Part shown: positions 12,711-23,987 of the stretch, in pieces
Layout: every line of letters begins with the position of its first letter
Position numbering within the stretch: the stretch's first letter is position 1
NCBI RefSeq assembly: GCF_964213995.1
Contig: NC_135826.1
Span: forward strand, 36,022,001 to 36,086,000
Direction of reading: 5' to 3'
From: Mustelus asterias
Lineage: Eukaryota
DNA length: 64,000 nt
Notes under the pieces: model-generated
Told to the model about the DNA's origin: nothing
What the model saw: only the letters and a program-made list of their open reading frames with translations
Databases searched by the model: none
Program-made: the position numbers and the translations under genes

Positions 12711-14489
12711 TAATGGGGTTGCTGCGCTGCAACTTTCAACCTTGGGCGATTTCATGGATCAGAATTTTTTTTAAGCCAGACAACTCTGAAGCTGTCCGAA
12801 GGTCAAACTGACAGCCAAGCAGTGACTGGAGGAGCATCTGGCATGGGAAAGATAGACTCCTGATAGATAGTGCCTCCAACAGGTCCTGCTTCTCCACTTG
12901 TGCACTGGCCTGCAAAACTCTTCTGATAACCTTTAGTGAATACAGATTTTTTAAAGATCTGTTACAAGGGGATTTATGCATTGAACTCATTGGAATAAAA
13001 ATGGAAGCCAATCTGATCAAAATACAGAAGTTACCGTTAGAGATGGTTAGGACAAGAGGCATGGGGTGGAGAGAGAGAGAGCGTATGCCCAGGACTACAT
13101 GCCGAATGACTCACAATGCATACAGTGAACATTACATGCATCTCAGTTGTACTGAAGACCTCGGAGTGCAACTTGTTCTTTGGAGACAACCTTTAAAACA
13201 ACTTGGCAATCTTTGTAAGGACCATTGTAAAATGTCTGAAATATTTCCTTTACTGTACTGAAGCATCTCAATGTTCCTTGATGAATGTAAAGAACATGAA
13301 TATTACTGCTTTTTGTATCATGGCTATTTTGGAATGTTTGTAATGTTCTTTCAGATTTCTTATGAATAAAGTATATTTTTGGGGGGAAAAGCCTCCATTG
13401 TCCATGGCGAACTAGAGGTGGATGAAGGTGCATATGGAAATATATGCAGGTTCGAGGTAAAGCAGCAAAGATTTCTTGGGCTCTCATTTTTGCAGGTATT
13501 CTATGGGCCCATGGGGCTGTGGCACGTCGGGGGTGGGGTGTGGTTTCAACAGCTGGAATCACACCTCATCTGTTTAAGGTTTCAATGGAAACCTGCTTAT
13601 TGTCTCAAGGGAGTCAGATGAATATTTGTGCTTTTCAATATTTTTTAGGGACCAGCACCAGGGATATCCGTAGAGCGGTGCTGCTGTTGGCGCAAGTAAT
13701 CGTTTGTATATCCATTAAAAATCATCAGGGCTTTCAACAGCATCAAATTCACAGAATTAAAAAGATTACGGCCACCATGCAGGAGTCTTTCAGCTGTAAT
13801 GAACAATTAATGATAACATCTTCTGGGAGATCAAGGAAAATCAGAAAATTAAAGTAGAGAGTCCTAGTTGGTAACAATGCCAGTGCAGACCCGGGAAGCT
13901 GTCAATCAGCCTTGTGCCAAGATGGACCCGGTTGTCATCCACATATGCTCCCAGGGAATTGAAATGTCGCTTCTAGTGATACCAAGTTATCTTGAGTGAT
14001 GTGAGTGAGTGCTGTCAGTATTTCCAGGGAAGGAGAAAGGAGTTCAGGCAGCAGCAAGCGAATGGGACCATCTCTTCTCCTCCATCCCTCTTTCCCTTCT
14101 ACAACTATCCAACAATGAAACAATGCAAGCTGCAGCACCGGGACAGACTCTCTTTTCTCTATAGAGCAAGTAGCTGAAATATATAAAAACAGAACCAGAA
14201 AGCTTTCCTTGCACTCTGGTTTACAAGTATTGAATCTTTCTCCCAAATTTGAATTTACTGCCACCAATGTACAGAACATGTTAAAGAGGCAATCATAAAA
14301 TCAGTGAGATTCTTTGCAATGTTATAAACAATCAGATATTTTCCTGTTAAATTAACAATGTTAAACTAAATTTTGTACTGAGGGTTTATTTAATAGTCAG
14401 GTTTAATAGTCACAAGCTATCACTGCAGCTCTTAATAGTAATGATCCATATTGCACATATATTAGAAAATATTTTTAAACAGATGCCAA

Positions 14490-14790
14490 GTTATTTAGTT
14501 TAGTCATTAGTGTCACAAGTAGGACTGTATTAACACTGCAATGAAGTTACTGTGAAAATCCCCGATCCACAACACTCCGGCTCCTGATCGGGTACACTGA
14601 GGGAGAATTTAGCATGGCCAATGCACCCAACCATTACATCTTTCGGACTGCGGGAACAAACCAGAGCACCGGGAGAAAACCCATGCAGGGCCGGAGAGAA
14701 CATGCAGACTCCACACAGACAGTGACCTAAGCCAGGAATCAAACCCAGCTTCCTGCACCATGAAGCAGCAGTGCTAACCACTGTGCCACC
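14490..14790 (-). mobile_element. SINE type B
   Basis: Same motifs on the reverse strand. Confidence 0.85.
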
Positions 14791-15013
14791 GACCTCCTTA
14801 AGTGATGAGATACTGACAATATCAAAAGTCATTTCACGGCTCAATTGCCATGGATCCTTAATTTAAACGTAATATCTTTAAAGTGTTGAATGTGCAGGGT
14901 CCTTTCTTCCCAGTTTTGTTTTCATCTGAAACCTTTATTACACATCATAGACTTCATTTAATCACAGTCTAAACTGATTTACTTCACCTTGATATCCAAC
15001 ACCCATGGCCCTT

Positions 15014-15120
15014 CCTTGTTTTTTGTTCGGGCTGTTCCCCCTCCTTTTGGGGAGCTGCTCCTTTTAATTTGTCCCTATGTTAATTTGAGTTAGTTTATTT
15101 GTTTGGTATTCAAAAGGGAT
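15014..15120 (+). mobile_element. Tx1-clade 3'UTR-only insertion
   Basis: Homologous to the reverse complement of 42575-42680; 13-bp TSD ACCCATGGCCCTT at 15001-15013 and 15121-15133. Confidence 0.7.
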
Positions 15121-15282
15121 ACCCATGGCCCTTAGGTTTTGCAGTGTTAACGCAAGCCTACTGGTGACGCTGGCTCTGTGTTAATTAGAGGTTAGGCTGG
15201 GCTCTCCCCGCCTGCCTCCAGCTCGGTATGCCACCCTTCGCCCTGCCGCTATCCTAAGGCCCCGAGCCCTGCCCTTACTCAC

Positions 15283-15361
15283 CGAGGCCGACCCCGGCCC
15301 GGGTGGTCTCCCAGGTTTTGCTGGGACATTCCTCGCCATCCGCCGCCTCCCAGTAACCCAT
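15283..15361 (-). CDS. NDUFA11: NADH:ubiquinone oxidoreductase subunit A11, coding exon 1
   Basis: ATG at 15361; reads MGYWEAADGEECPSKTWETTRAGVGL+G (cf. the NDUFA11 YWD..DG..C motif); donor GTGAGT follows; CpG-rich context; 79 nt, phase 1. Confidence 0.9.
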
Positions 15362-15399
15362 AGCCGCGCGCCTCAAGGACACGGTCACCGGGGGAACCG

Positions 15400-15625
15400 A
15401 CTCAAACACCGCGAGAGCTCGGCGCCGCCCATGTGATCACCTCCCAGTCGTCACGTGACCGCTTTTCTCGGCCGCCGGCCATATGCCCTGGTGCGCAGGC
15501 GCAGTCAGGCCAGCCGTCTGTCGCAGCGCGCAGGCGCAGTCAGGCCAGCCGTATGTCGCAGCGCGCAGGCGCAGTCAGGCCAGCCGTATGTCGCAGCGCG
15601 CAGTCGCAGTCAGGCCAGCCTCAGC
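15400..15625 (-). promoter_or_regulatory. NDUFA11 CpG-rich promoter with E-box and NRF1-like repeats
   Basis: Palindrome GTCACGTGAC at 15450-15459; repeated GCGCAGGCGCA NRF1-like motifs at 15493-15620; directly upstream of exon 1. Confidence 0.65.
15493..15620. repeat. 35-bp tandem repeat, about 3.7 copies
   Basis: Unit GCGCAGGCGCAGTCAGGCCAGCCGT(A/C)TGTCGCAGC starting at 15493, 15528, 15563 and 15598 (partial). Confidence 0.95.
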
Positions 15626-15642
15626 TGGAGCCTGTTTAAGTT

Positions 15643-15930
15643 TCGGCCTTTTGGCGAAGATCAAGTGTAGTATGCGGATGCTGCACTTGGTTGAGGTCAT
15701 TAGATTACATTTAAGCTTCATTTTCATATGAAGCAATTTTTAAAAGCGGCATCTCGGCCTTTTGGCTAAGGTGCAAATGAGATCAAGCCTTGGAGGAGGA
15801 AGACCTGCACCTACTCCAATCAGCTTGGCTCATGTCGATCAGGCCCAAGACAACATACCCTGCCTTGTCAGTTTGGATCGGAAATGTCTCAACTTGTTGA
15901 GACTCTGAATTGGATTTGATTGAATTGGGG
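15643..15930 (+). repeat. Repeat with two U2 snRNA 5'-end fragments (U2 pseudogene fragments or candidate U2-derived SINE)
   Basis: 15643-15673 matches U2 nt 9-39 with 1 mismatch; 15752-15770 matches U2 nt 7-25 exactly; no U2 Sm site or 3' stem-loops; body similar to 2320-2570. Confidence 0.7.
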
Positions 15931-15944
15931 AAAGTATGAAAAGA

Positions 15945-16841
15945 AAGTCTATTTACTACTGTCACAAGTAGGCTTATATTAACACTGCAATGAACAGAGA
16001 GATCTTGGGGTCCATATCCACAGATCTCTGAAGGTTGCCACTCAAGTGGATAGAGGTGTGAAGAAGGCCTAAAGTGTGTTAGCTTTTATTAACAGGGGGT
16101 TGGAGTTTAAGAGCCGTGGGGTTATGCTGCAACTGTACAGGACCTTGGTGAGACCACATTTGGAATATTGTGTGCAGTTCTGGTCACCTCACTATAAGAA
16201 GGATGTGGAAGCGCTGGAAAAAGTGCAAAGGAGATTTACCAGGATGCTGCCTGGTTTGGAGGGTAGGTCTTATGAGGAAAGGTTGAGGGAGCTAGGGCTG
16301 TTCTCTGGAGCGGAGGAGGTTGAGGGGAGACTTAATAGAGGTTTATAAAATGATGAAGGGGATAGATAGAGTGAACGTTCAAAGACTATTTCCTCGGGTG
16401 GATGGAGCTATTACAAGGGGGCATAACTATAGGGTTCATGGTGGGAGATATAGGAAGGATGTCCGAGGTAGGTTCTTTACTCAGAGAGTGGTTGGGGTGT
16501 GGAATGGACTGCCTGCAGTGATAGTGGAGTCATTTAAGAACATAATAGGAACATTTAAGTGGTTATTGGATCGGCACATGGAGCACACCAAGATGATAGG
16601 GAGTGGGGTAGCTTGATCTTGGTTTCAGATAAAGCTCGGCACAACATCGTGGGCCGAAGGGCCTGTTCTGTGCTGTACTGTTCTATGTTCTATAATGAAG
16701 TTACCGTGAAAATCCCCTCGTCGCCACACTCTGGTGCCTATTTGGGAACACCAAGGGAGAATTTAGCATGGCCAATGCACCTTAACCAGCACGCCTTTCG
16801 GACTGTGGGAGGAAACCGGAGCACCCGGAGGAAACCCACAT
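15945..16841 (-). mobile_element. SINE type B, 5'-truncated and split by a CR1 insertion
   Basis: Tail at 15945-15994 continues at 16694-16841. Confidence 0.8.
15995..16693 (+). mobile_element. CR1 LINE 3' fragment inserted into a SINE
   Basis: LVRPHLEYCVQFWSP and RGDLIEVYK; (TTCTATG) tail; TSD AATGAA at 15989-15994 and 16694-16699. Confidence 0.9.
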
Positions 16842-17519
16842 GGACTGGGTGCTCTTGAGTTAAAATTGGGGTTAGCTGAGTTTCGGGATGAGCTGAAGTT
16901 TTAGTGTGGGTGAAAAGTGAGAGCCTGGCCCAAAGAGCATTGGAACACTCGGGTCTGGAGGTAACAAATGCCAGGATTTCAGCAGCAGATGGACTGAGGC
17001 AGGTGATATTAGAGAGACGGATAGGATCAGAACTTTAGCCCAGAGTTAAATTGGATGGCAACATTATTAACAGTGATTCAGCCTGGGACTTGTGAGGAGG
17101 GGGAGAGGTGGAGATGGTGTATTGCAGGCAACATTTTTAATGCAATCCTTCTTCACAATTTTTAATTGGAGATGAAATTTCAGCTCATCTACTACTGGAT
17201 ATTAGAAAAGCACAGTGACAAATCAAAAGCATTTAAGCAGTTCGAGAGGTGATGATGAGGTGGAGTTGGATGTTATTAGCGTACACATGAAATGCGTCAT
17301 TGTATTTTGACCCCCACTCCCCCCCCCCCTCAAAGATATGCTGGGAAATTTGTCTTGGAAAATCCCACGTAAGCGTTTACCCAGCAATTGTCCAGAAGAG
17401 CTAACTTCCCCTGCAATTTAAATTACTAACTTTGGATGATTCTCCCAGTTTTACACTCAGTGTTACTCTAAGAGTAAGAAGAAAAAGAAGTATTCTAACT
17501 TCAGTGTATCTTATAGCTC

Positions 17520-17937
17520 CTGCTGTGTCCAAGACGGCAAGAAACTACAAAAGGTCACGAATTAAGTCCAGTCCATCACTCAAACCAGCCTCCCATCCAT
17601 TGACTCTGTCTACACTTACTGCTGCCTCAGAAAAGCAGCCAGCATAATCAAGGAATCCATGCAGTCCGGACATACGCTCTTCCACCTTCTGTCGGGAAAC
17701 AGATACAAAAGTCTGCGATCACATACCAACCGACTCAAAAACAGCTTCCCTGCTGCCATCGGATTTTTGAATGGACCGACCTTACATTAAATTGATCTTT
17801 CTCTACACCCTAGTATGACTGTAACACTACATTCTGCATGCTCTCCTTCCCTATGTACGGTATACTTTATCTGTATAGCGTGCAAGAAACAATACTTTTC
17901 ACTGTATACTAATGTGACAATAATAAATCAAATCAAA
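17520..17937 (+). mobile_element. Rex1-like LINE 3' end
   Basis: PGHTLFHLL.SG.RYKSLRSHTNRLKNSF-like remnant; tail tgtgacaataataaatcaaatcaaa. Confidence 0.7.
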
Positions 17938-18264
17938 GGGACGACAGCGCGGCTCCCACCACCACCTACTCAAGGGCAAATAGGGATGGACAATAAATGC
18001 TGGCTTAGCCAATGATGCCCACATCCCATAAAAATGAATCTGAAGAAAATTGCAAATAAAATCATTTGCTTATTTTGAAAGAGTGCTTATTTTTGATTCC
18101 TGTAAATCGAGAATTCATAGTGTAGCACGCAATACATTTTATGAGCTGGGATTTGGAGTGAGTGGTCACTGTCCTGATCCCGGGTAGCGTTTATCATTCA
18201 ATTAGATACTGGACAAGAAACAGACAAGAAACACTCTGGATTACTGGGGACAATGGGGGGAGCG

Positions 18265-18392
18265 GGGTGGGATTTTAAGGCCTCGCTTGTCCCGAAACCG
18301 TAAAATCCCACTCAAGATCAATGGACCTTCCCGTGCTCTGCCCCTCACCCACTCTGATTCCCGTGGCGGGCAGGCCGGTAAAATTCCAGCCG
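18265..18392. mobile_element. Short non-autonomous DNA transposon (Harbinger-like MITE); copies also at 25304-25430 and 45918-46030
   Basis: Terminal inverted repeats ggg(t/c)gggatttt...aaattccagcc and a shared internal sequence in three copies. Confidence 0.6.
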
Positions 18393-19389
18393 AGATCTCT
18401 TTGCAGGGGTATGACAAATAATGCCGATATCTAGTGTGCAAATCCCAGAACTGTGACAGTAGGGAAATGCAATAATCAACTTGTACACAACAATATCTCA
18501 TAAACAGCAAATGACTTGAATAAGGAGTCCATCTGTTTTTGTTGCTGTTGGTTGGTCATGAAGGGGATTTTGGCTACCATGCTGACAGAACTCCATGCTT
18601 TCTAATAATTTTACAGAATTTTCTATATCCACCCAACATGGTAGACAAAGCTGGAGTTCTGCAGTGAAGCAGTGCCCTCTCAGCTCTGTCTGCTGATGTT
18701 GTCTAGATTACACCCACTTGTGATATTGTTGTTCACGCTTAACTGCAAGGATCATGTAAGATTATGGAATGGTAAATCTACAAAATCTGTAAAGAATATG
18801 AGTTGTGCCAACTCCATGTTCAGCACTTTCACATCAGAGCTTGACTTTGATTCATTTTACACCCTCTATTCCCTGTTTTATTAACAGGTATACAGGCCCA
18901 AACCCATCACAGACAGGACACTACGAAAATTTCTCTACATGCAAGGCATCACAATCAAAGTCAGACATGGAGATGTACCAATTAGCACCACTTTAATTAA
19001 TTAATCAATGCCTATTGTAATACAACAAATGCCACCGTAAGGTTAAACATGAAGATTTACAATAAGAACTTTATCCCTAAATGTATTAGTCTTTTTTTAT
19101 TTACTGTTATTATTACAGAGCTATGTCCAATATCCAAGATTGTGATACAGTTAACAAGATTAAATTTACAGTTCACATTCAGCGTAACACTGTCAAATCC
19201 AGGCTACTTCCAAAATGAAAGCATAAACCTACGACCCCCTTCCCTGAATAGGTTGGTGCATATAGCTTTATCTTCCTCGACTATCATCATCTTCACCCCT
19301 CTTAAGTAATGTAGCATGCATTTTATCTCATTATAATGAATACAATTACTTTCTTCCAGTTTGGCAATGTAAACCATTAGGCATTATCT

Positions 19390-19560
19390 ATAGAATCATA
19401 GAATTGAATCATAGAATTCCTACAGTGCAGAAGGAGGCCATGAGAATGTGAAAGATGAGAACTTGTAAACTCCACACAGACAGTCACCAAAGGTCGGAAT
19501 TGAACCCGAGTCCCTGACACTGTGAGGCAGCAGTGCTAACCACTCTGCCACCGTGTTGCC
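19390..19560 (-). mobile_element. SINE type A, internally deleted
   Basis: Head and (ATAGAATC) tail present, core missing. Confidence 0.7.
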
Positions 19561-21466
19561 TCGATGATCCACTTTTGAATTTATTTCTGTCTACATATTC
19601 TCTGCTGCTTTCAGAAATGCTTCAGAAATTCTTTTTATGTTTTAGCTTTCCTGGAATCCTTCTGAATTGTTTTTTTTCTCAATTGTCTACATTTTGTTCT
19701 GAACTATATGGGGGTTGAATTGATTAGCCCTTGATCAGGGATTGTTGTGAACCCATGCCCTTTCAGTGGAATGCAGGGGGTATATGATGTGCTGCTTGCT
19801 GATTATCATTGGGATCCAAACATTATTGCTGCCTGGCACTACTAAAAACTGGCCTGTACTGCTTAAAGTTTGCCTGCACCTTTACAAAGGAAGGGGCATT
19901 GTGGCTGTGGGAGGTACTGAGATAATTGGGGATGTGTACAGTGCAATAATCAACAATGGTTGGACATGGAAGAGAGTGGACATCAAGGTTTTCACGTGCC
20001 CCACTAGAGATCTTCGTGAAGAGCTGGAAATGAGGAAAAGTAGCCTGTGCTCTCAGGGCATGCTCAGAAAGCAGTGGCAAGGAAAAACAGAGAGGCGCTA
20101 AAGCAATTAGTTCCCGGTCAGCTCTGCTTGTTCAAGATCTTCTATGGACTGGACTTGTATTGCTAACCCTTGTAATGCTGTGGATCTCATCTTGGGCTAT
20201 AATGTGGCTGTGGTGCAACTCTAATGGAGACTTTGTCCTTCGCGAGAAACTGTTTATTCAATAGTTTGTTAAAAACCCATACCTTGCCTGCAATGAACAT
20301 GGAAATATCTGCATTCTTCAGAGCTGCAATATTTAGGGCTGTACACCTCATTTATTTCACCATAGCAATGCGTTGTGTCGTTCCAGTCTGCATTCGATTG
20401 AATCCATCAGCTCTTTTCTCCTTTCAATTATATTTCATTTGACACATTTGCTTGAACCGGAACCCAAATCATTTTGTGATATGTTTTATTTGCATTCGAG
20501 TTCATTACTTACAGGTGCTACACTTCAACAAGTTCTGCAGTGAATGAACAGCTCTTGTTTATTGTCTGAGTCCATCAGTAGCATCACATCTAAGTGCCTG
20601 ATAAACTCTGAAACAGTTCAGTGAGTATATGGTTGGCTTGCTGGTAGTAATACGAAGTGTACCATGTGGAGGTCAGTCCAGCATTCCGCTCCATGATGCT
20701 GGTCATCTTTATGCACTGCAAATTACGTTGCCAGATGCTGATGTAATCAATAAGAAGCCATATCCTTGTTACAGGGAGCAGTCAAGATGTTTCGTATTGG
20801 TCTAGAAAAAGACTGTAGAAGGGAAAGAAAGAATTTGTATTTATTAGTGATAACCAGCACATGCTTGACATAGTGGCCACAAAATTGGACTCCATAATGT
20901 CGCTGGGTGAAACCCGGGGTACCAAATATGGTGGTCAATCCACTACACTAGTGTGAGCGTGCCATGTATATGTCAGAAGCATGTGGATTGGGCAGATCAC
21001 TCAGCATGTAATGCTAACCAGCTCCCCCCACCCCCCACCCCAACCTCTTCCCCTCCCTGTTTACTTATAGTAATCAGCATGGGACTTTCAGCTGAGCTCC
21101 CTTTGACATTTTGTGTTCAGCAGAGTCAGTGGAAGATCCGTCTATGGTTTTGTTGCTAAAAAGTTGTTGGAGTCAGATGGGAAAGGTGCTGGATTTTCCT
21201 AAGGAGTTCAGTAGCATTTCGAGATCGCCGGGCAGAAAACCGGCACTCAACTCCTGAGGCTCAATATTTGCAGTCCCTGTGGGGTTGCAGAATGAACAGG
21301 GAGCATGGGCAGCGGAGAGGGGAAGCTATGCATGGAGGGAGGAAAAGGAAAGCTCTCGGTAGAAGGTTGTACCCAGCTAGGGTCTTCAGGGAGCATTTCA
21401 TCAACCTCCACCTCAGGCAGGAGCAGTGTCTAACGAGCAAGAAGGTGATCTGTGCCACCTCCTTCA

Positions 21467-21720
21467 TGATGTGGAGATGCCGGTGTTGGACTGGGGTGAA
21501 CACAGTAAGAAGTTTAACAACACCAGGTTAAAGTCCAACAGGTTTATTTGGTAGCAAAAGCCACACAAGCTTTCGGAGCTCTAAGCCCCTTTGCTCTGTT
21601 TGTGAACAGAATTCCCACTCACCTGAAGAAGGGGCTTAGAGCTCCGAAAGCTTGTGTGGCTTTTGCTACCAAATAAACCTGTTGGACTTTAACCTGGTGT
21701 TGTTAAACTTCTTACTGTGT
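21467..21720. mobile_element. Fold-back Penelope-like terminal-repeat insertion with hammerhead motif
   Basis: 92-bp inverted arms 21500-21591 and 21629-21720; TSD CCACCTCCTTCA at 21455-21466 and 21721-21732; hammerhead motif at 21620-21656. Confidence 0.85.
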
Positions 21721-22489
21721 CCACCTCCTTCAAACAGACCTGAGGTATTGCTTTTTAGAAGACTTGCAAATAGTTCCCCACACCATTCATCTAATTTTGC
21801 TAAAATTCCCAGAGGAGAATATAGGTTTACAGTACATAAGCAAATGAAAACAATTTTTCACAATTTTAAACTTACATGAAATTGTTATGCGAAACAAATT
21901 TTTAAATTTAAATAGCTGTCATTTAAAATTTATGTAAGTTATAATATGCAACTCAAGTTGTGTTCATTTGAGCAGTATTGAAGGGTGCTGCATTGTTGTA
22001 GGTGCTATCTAGCTTTCAATGAGATATTGTGGGTGATTTTATAGCCCTGTTCACCATAGGCACAAATCCCATTATGGCCAGAAACTCTCGCGAGAGAGCC
22101 ATATGGAGAGAGCCTATCTCAGTTTGAGATCTTCCCCGCCCTCGGCAGCAATGTAATCTGGTTCACAACCAGTGAGGACATGACATTACCATACATTAAC
22201 ATCTATTTAAATATTCAAAATTGGCTTAATACCGTATCTTCTGGGAACGTCAGATGTTCCCACCTGCCGGCATGAAGTAACGCCGGTGGGAATCACCACT
22301 GATCTTCAGAAATTGGAGACCAGATGTGTTGAGCACACCGGGGGAGCTGGGAGGCCAGTGTAGCCTTAGGGTGGTCATGGACATGGCTGTGCAGTGTCCT
22401 GGCACTGCTCCCTGGCACCGCCAACCTGGCTGTACCAACCTGACAATAATTTCCAAGTCCCATCTGCCTACTTTGTTAATTCTGGTTAA

Positions 22490-22745
22490 TGCGAAAATCA
22501 CTATCTCACTACCTGAAGAGGAGCAGGGAATTCGCCTGGTGTCCTAATCAAATAGTCCACCCACGACAAAAGTTACTAAAACATTCATCTCAATGTTGTT
22601 TGCTTTGGGCAAAATGGCCACAACATTTGTCTACAAATAATAGTTGTTACTGCCCTTGAATGCACAATAATTGAAAGATTTTTTGGGAGTGTTTGTAAGA
22701 AATGTGTTAAGATTTCAGAAAAAAAGGTAGACATTTAGATGCTTT
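22490..22745 (+). mobile_element. Ancient Deu-domain-like SINE remnant; related pieces at 21965-22030 and 18430-18700 (-)
   Basis: gaagaggagcagggaatt...ggtgtcct...actaaaaca resembles the DeuSINE core and L2-type tail; highly diverged. Confidence 0.4.
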
Positions 22746-23234
22746 TGCATGGGTGTTTGTTTAATGAAAGTTATGGCAAACAGTACTTCTGTAGAGCCTT
22801 TTAAACCTGTCTCTCTTATCCCAGTGATAGAATGATGCATCCACTTTTTCTATTCTGAATATCTGTGCAGTATAAAAACATTATTTACGTTTCTTTTAAA
22901 AAGGGGTGTAAAAATTAGAATCCCCTTCCTTAATCATCTACTTAATGTTAAATTGAGTGTATTTATCCACCTGGTCATTTATTTAATCTGTTGGAATGTT
23001 CGTGGCATGTGAGAAAAAAAAATCAACATTTCATTTATTTTCATTGGGCCATTATACGCAGAACCTACACAGGCCCCAGCTGAATCCCAAACCTCTTATG
23101 GCTATTTGCCACTTGAAAGCCAGAGAAGCTTCTTCATATTCACTGCCTCATTGCCAACTCCATCCTCAGCACTGGCAACATCTGGCTGCAACTTTTCCTA
23201 CCTTGTTAGAATGACACTGGTGTATGTGCTGATT

Positions 23235-23987
23235 TTATAAAATCAGACACATCCGAGAGGTCTGCGCACGTGCTTTGAACCGCCGCCTCTTCCTGCTTTC
23301 ATTCAGCCTGTATCTTGCAGTGCAGTGGTTCGCCATGGTAGAACCCTCCGGAAAGTGCCTCTTTTGTCTCCGATGGAGAATGATGCGGTAAATCCCAGTT
23401 ATGGCACTGTGGGAGTCCTGAGTAGGATTATTGCAGATGTGTTCCTCCGTGATTCCCAAATTTCTCAATGCTTTCTTCACCTCCTTTTCCTCTTCGTTTA
23501 GAGGGAGAGAGCTGGCCAAGTGGGCTGGGTTCAAGCGGTATGGTAGGTATGGCTCTGGACATTCTATTCCCTTCAACCATGGGCTTTCCAGGATGTTGGA
23601 TAGGGTGTAGCGGTTTGTTGGGATGTTCTGAAGAATTCCTTGGATGAGTTTCTGGCAGGGTTCCGATACATAGGCTGGAATTGTGTATGATCCAAGTAAA
23701 ACGCACTTTTTCAACTTCCTGATGTTCTCTGCACGGAAAGGCAAGGTTCCTGTCACCATAAAGTAAAGCAGGATGCCCAGAGCCCAGATGTCCACATAGA
23801 TTCCAAAGTAGCTCTTTTCTTGAAAAAGTTCTGGGGCTGCGTAAGGCGGGGAGCCACAACAAATGTTTAAGGGTTCACTCAGAGGACACAGTGCACTGAA
23901 GCCAAAGTCACCCACCTTCACACAGTTAGTACCTGAGTAGAACACGTTTTCTGCTTTGAGATCCCGATGGATCACATTGTTCTCGTG
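23235..23987 (-). CDS. NIM1K: NIM1-like kinase, coding exon 3 (stop)
   Basis: ccttttttcAG-type acceptor; [16 protein letters not shown]...DFGFS...[12 protein letters not shown]...LGITEEHI...CLIL*; total CDS 1302 nt = 433 aa + stop. Confidence 0.93.
   Translation of the reverse strand, partial: HENNVIHRDLKAENVFYSGTNCVKVGDFGFSALCPLSEPLNICCGSPPYAAPELFQEKSYFGIYVDIWALGILLYFMVTGTLPFRAENIRKLKKCVLLGSYTIPAYVSEPCQKLIQGILQNIPTNRYTLSNILESPWLKGIECPEPYLPYRLNPAHLASSLPLNEEEKEVKKALRNLGITEEHICNNPTQDSHSAITGIYRIILHRRQKRHFPEGSTMANHCTARYRLNESRKRRRFKARAQTSRMCLIL

Noticed and set aside
13180-13390. Possible Tx1/L1 3'UTR ending aataaagtatattttt
   Set aside because: Plausible, but no coding remnant or TSD could be identified by eye.
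15643-15790. Functional U2 snRNA gene
   Set aside because: Similarity stops at about nt 39; no Sm site, 3' stem-loops or full-length body.
21260-21465. Harbinger transposase N-terminus-like remnant (RRLYPARVFREHFINLHLRQEQCL)
   Set aside because: Too short and decayed to call without a search; not a host gene.
23428-23862. 144-aa alternative-frame ORF inside kinase exon 3
   Set aside because: Non-ATG shadow ORF of a real exon with no independent evidence.
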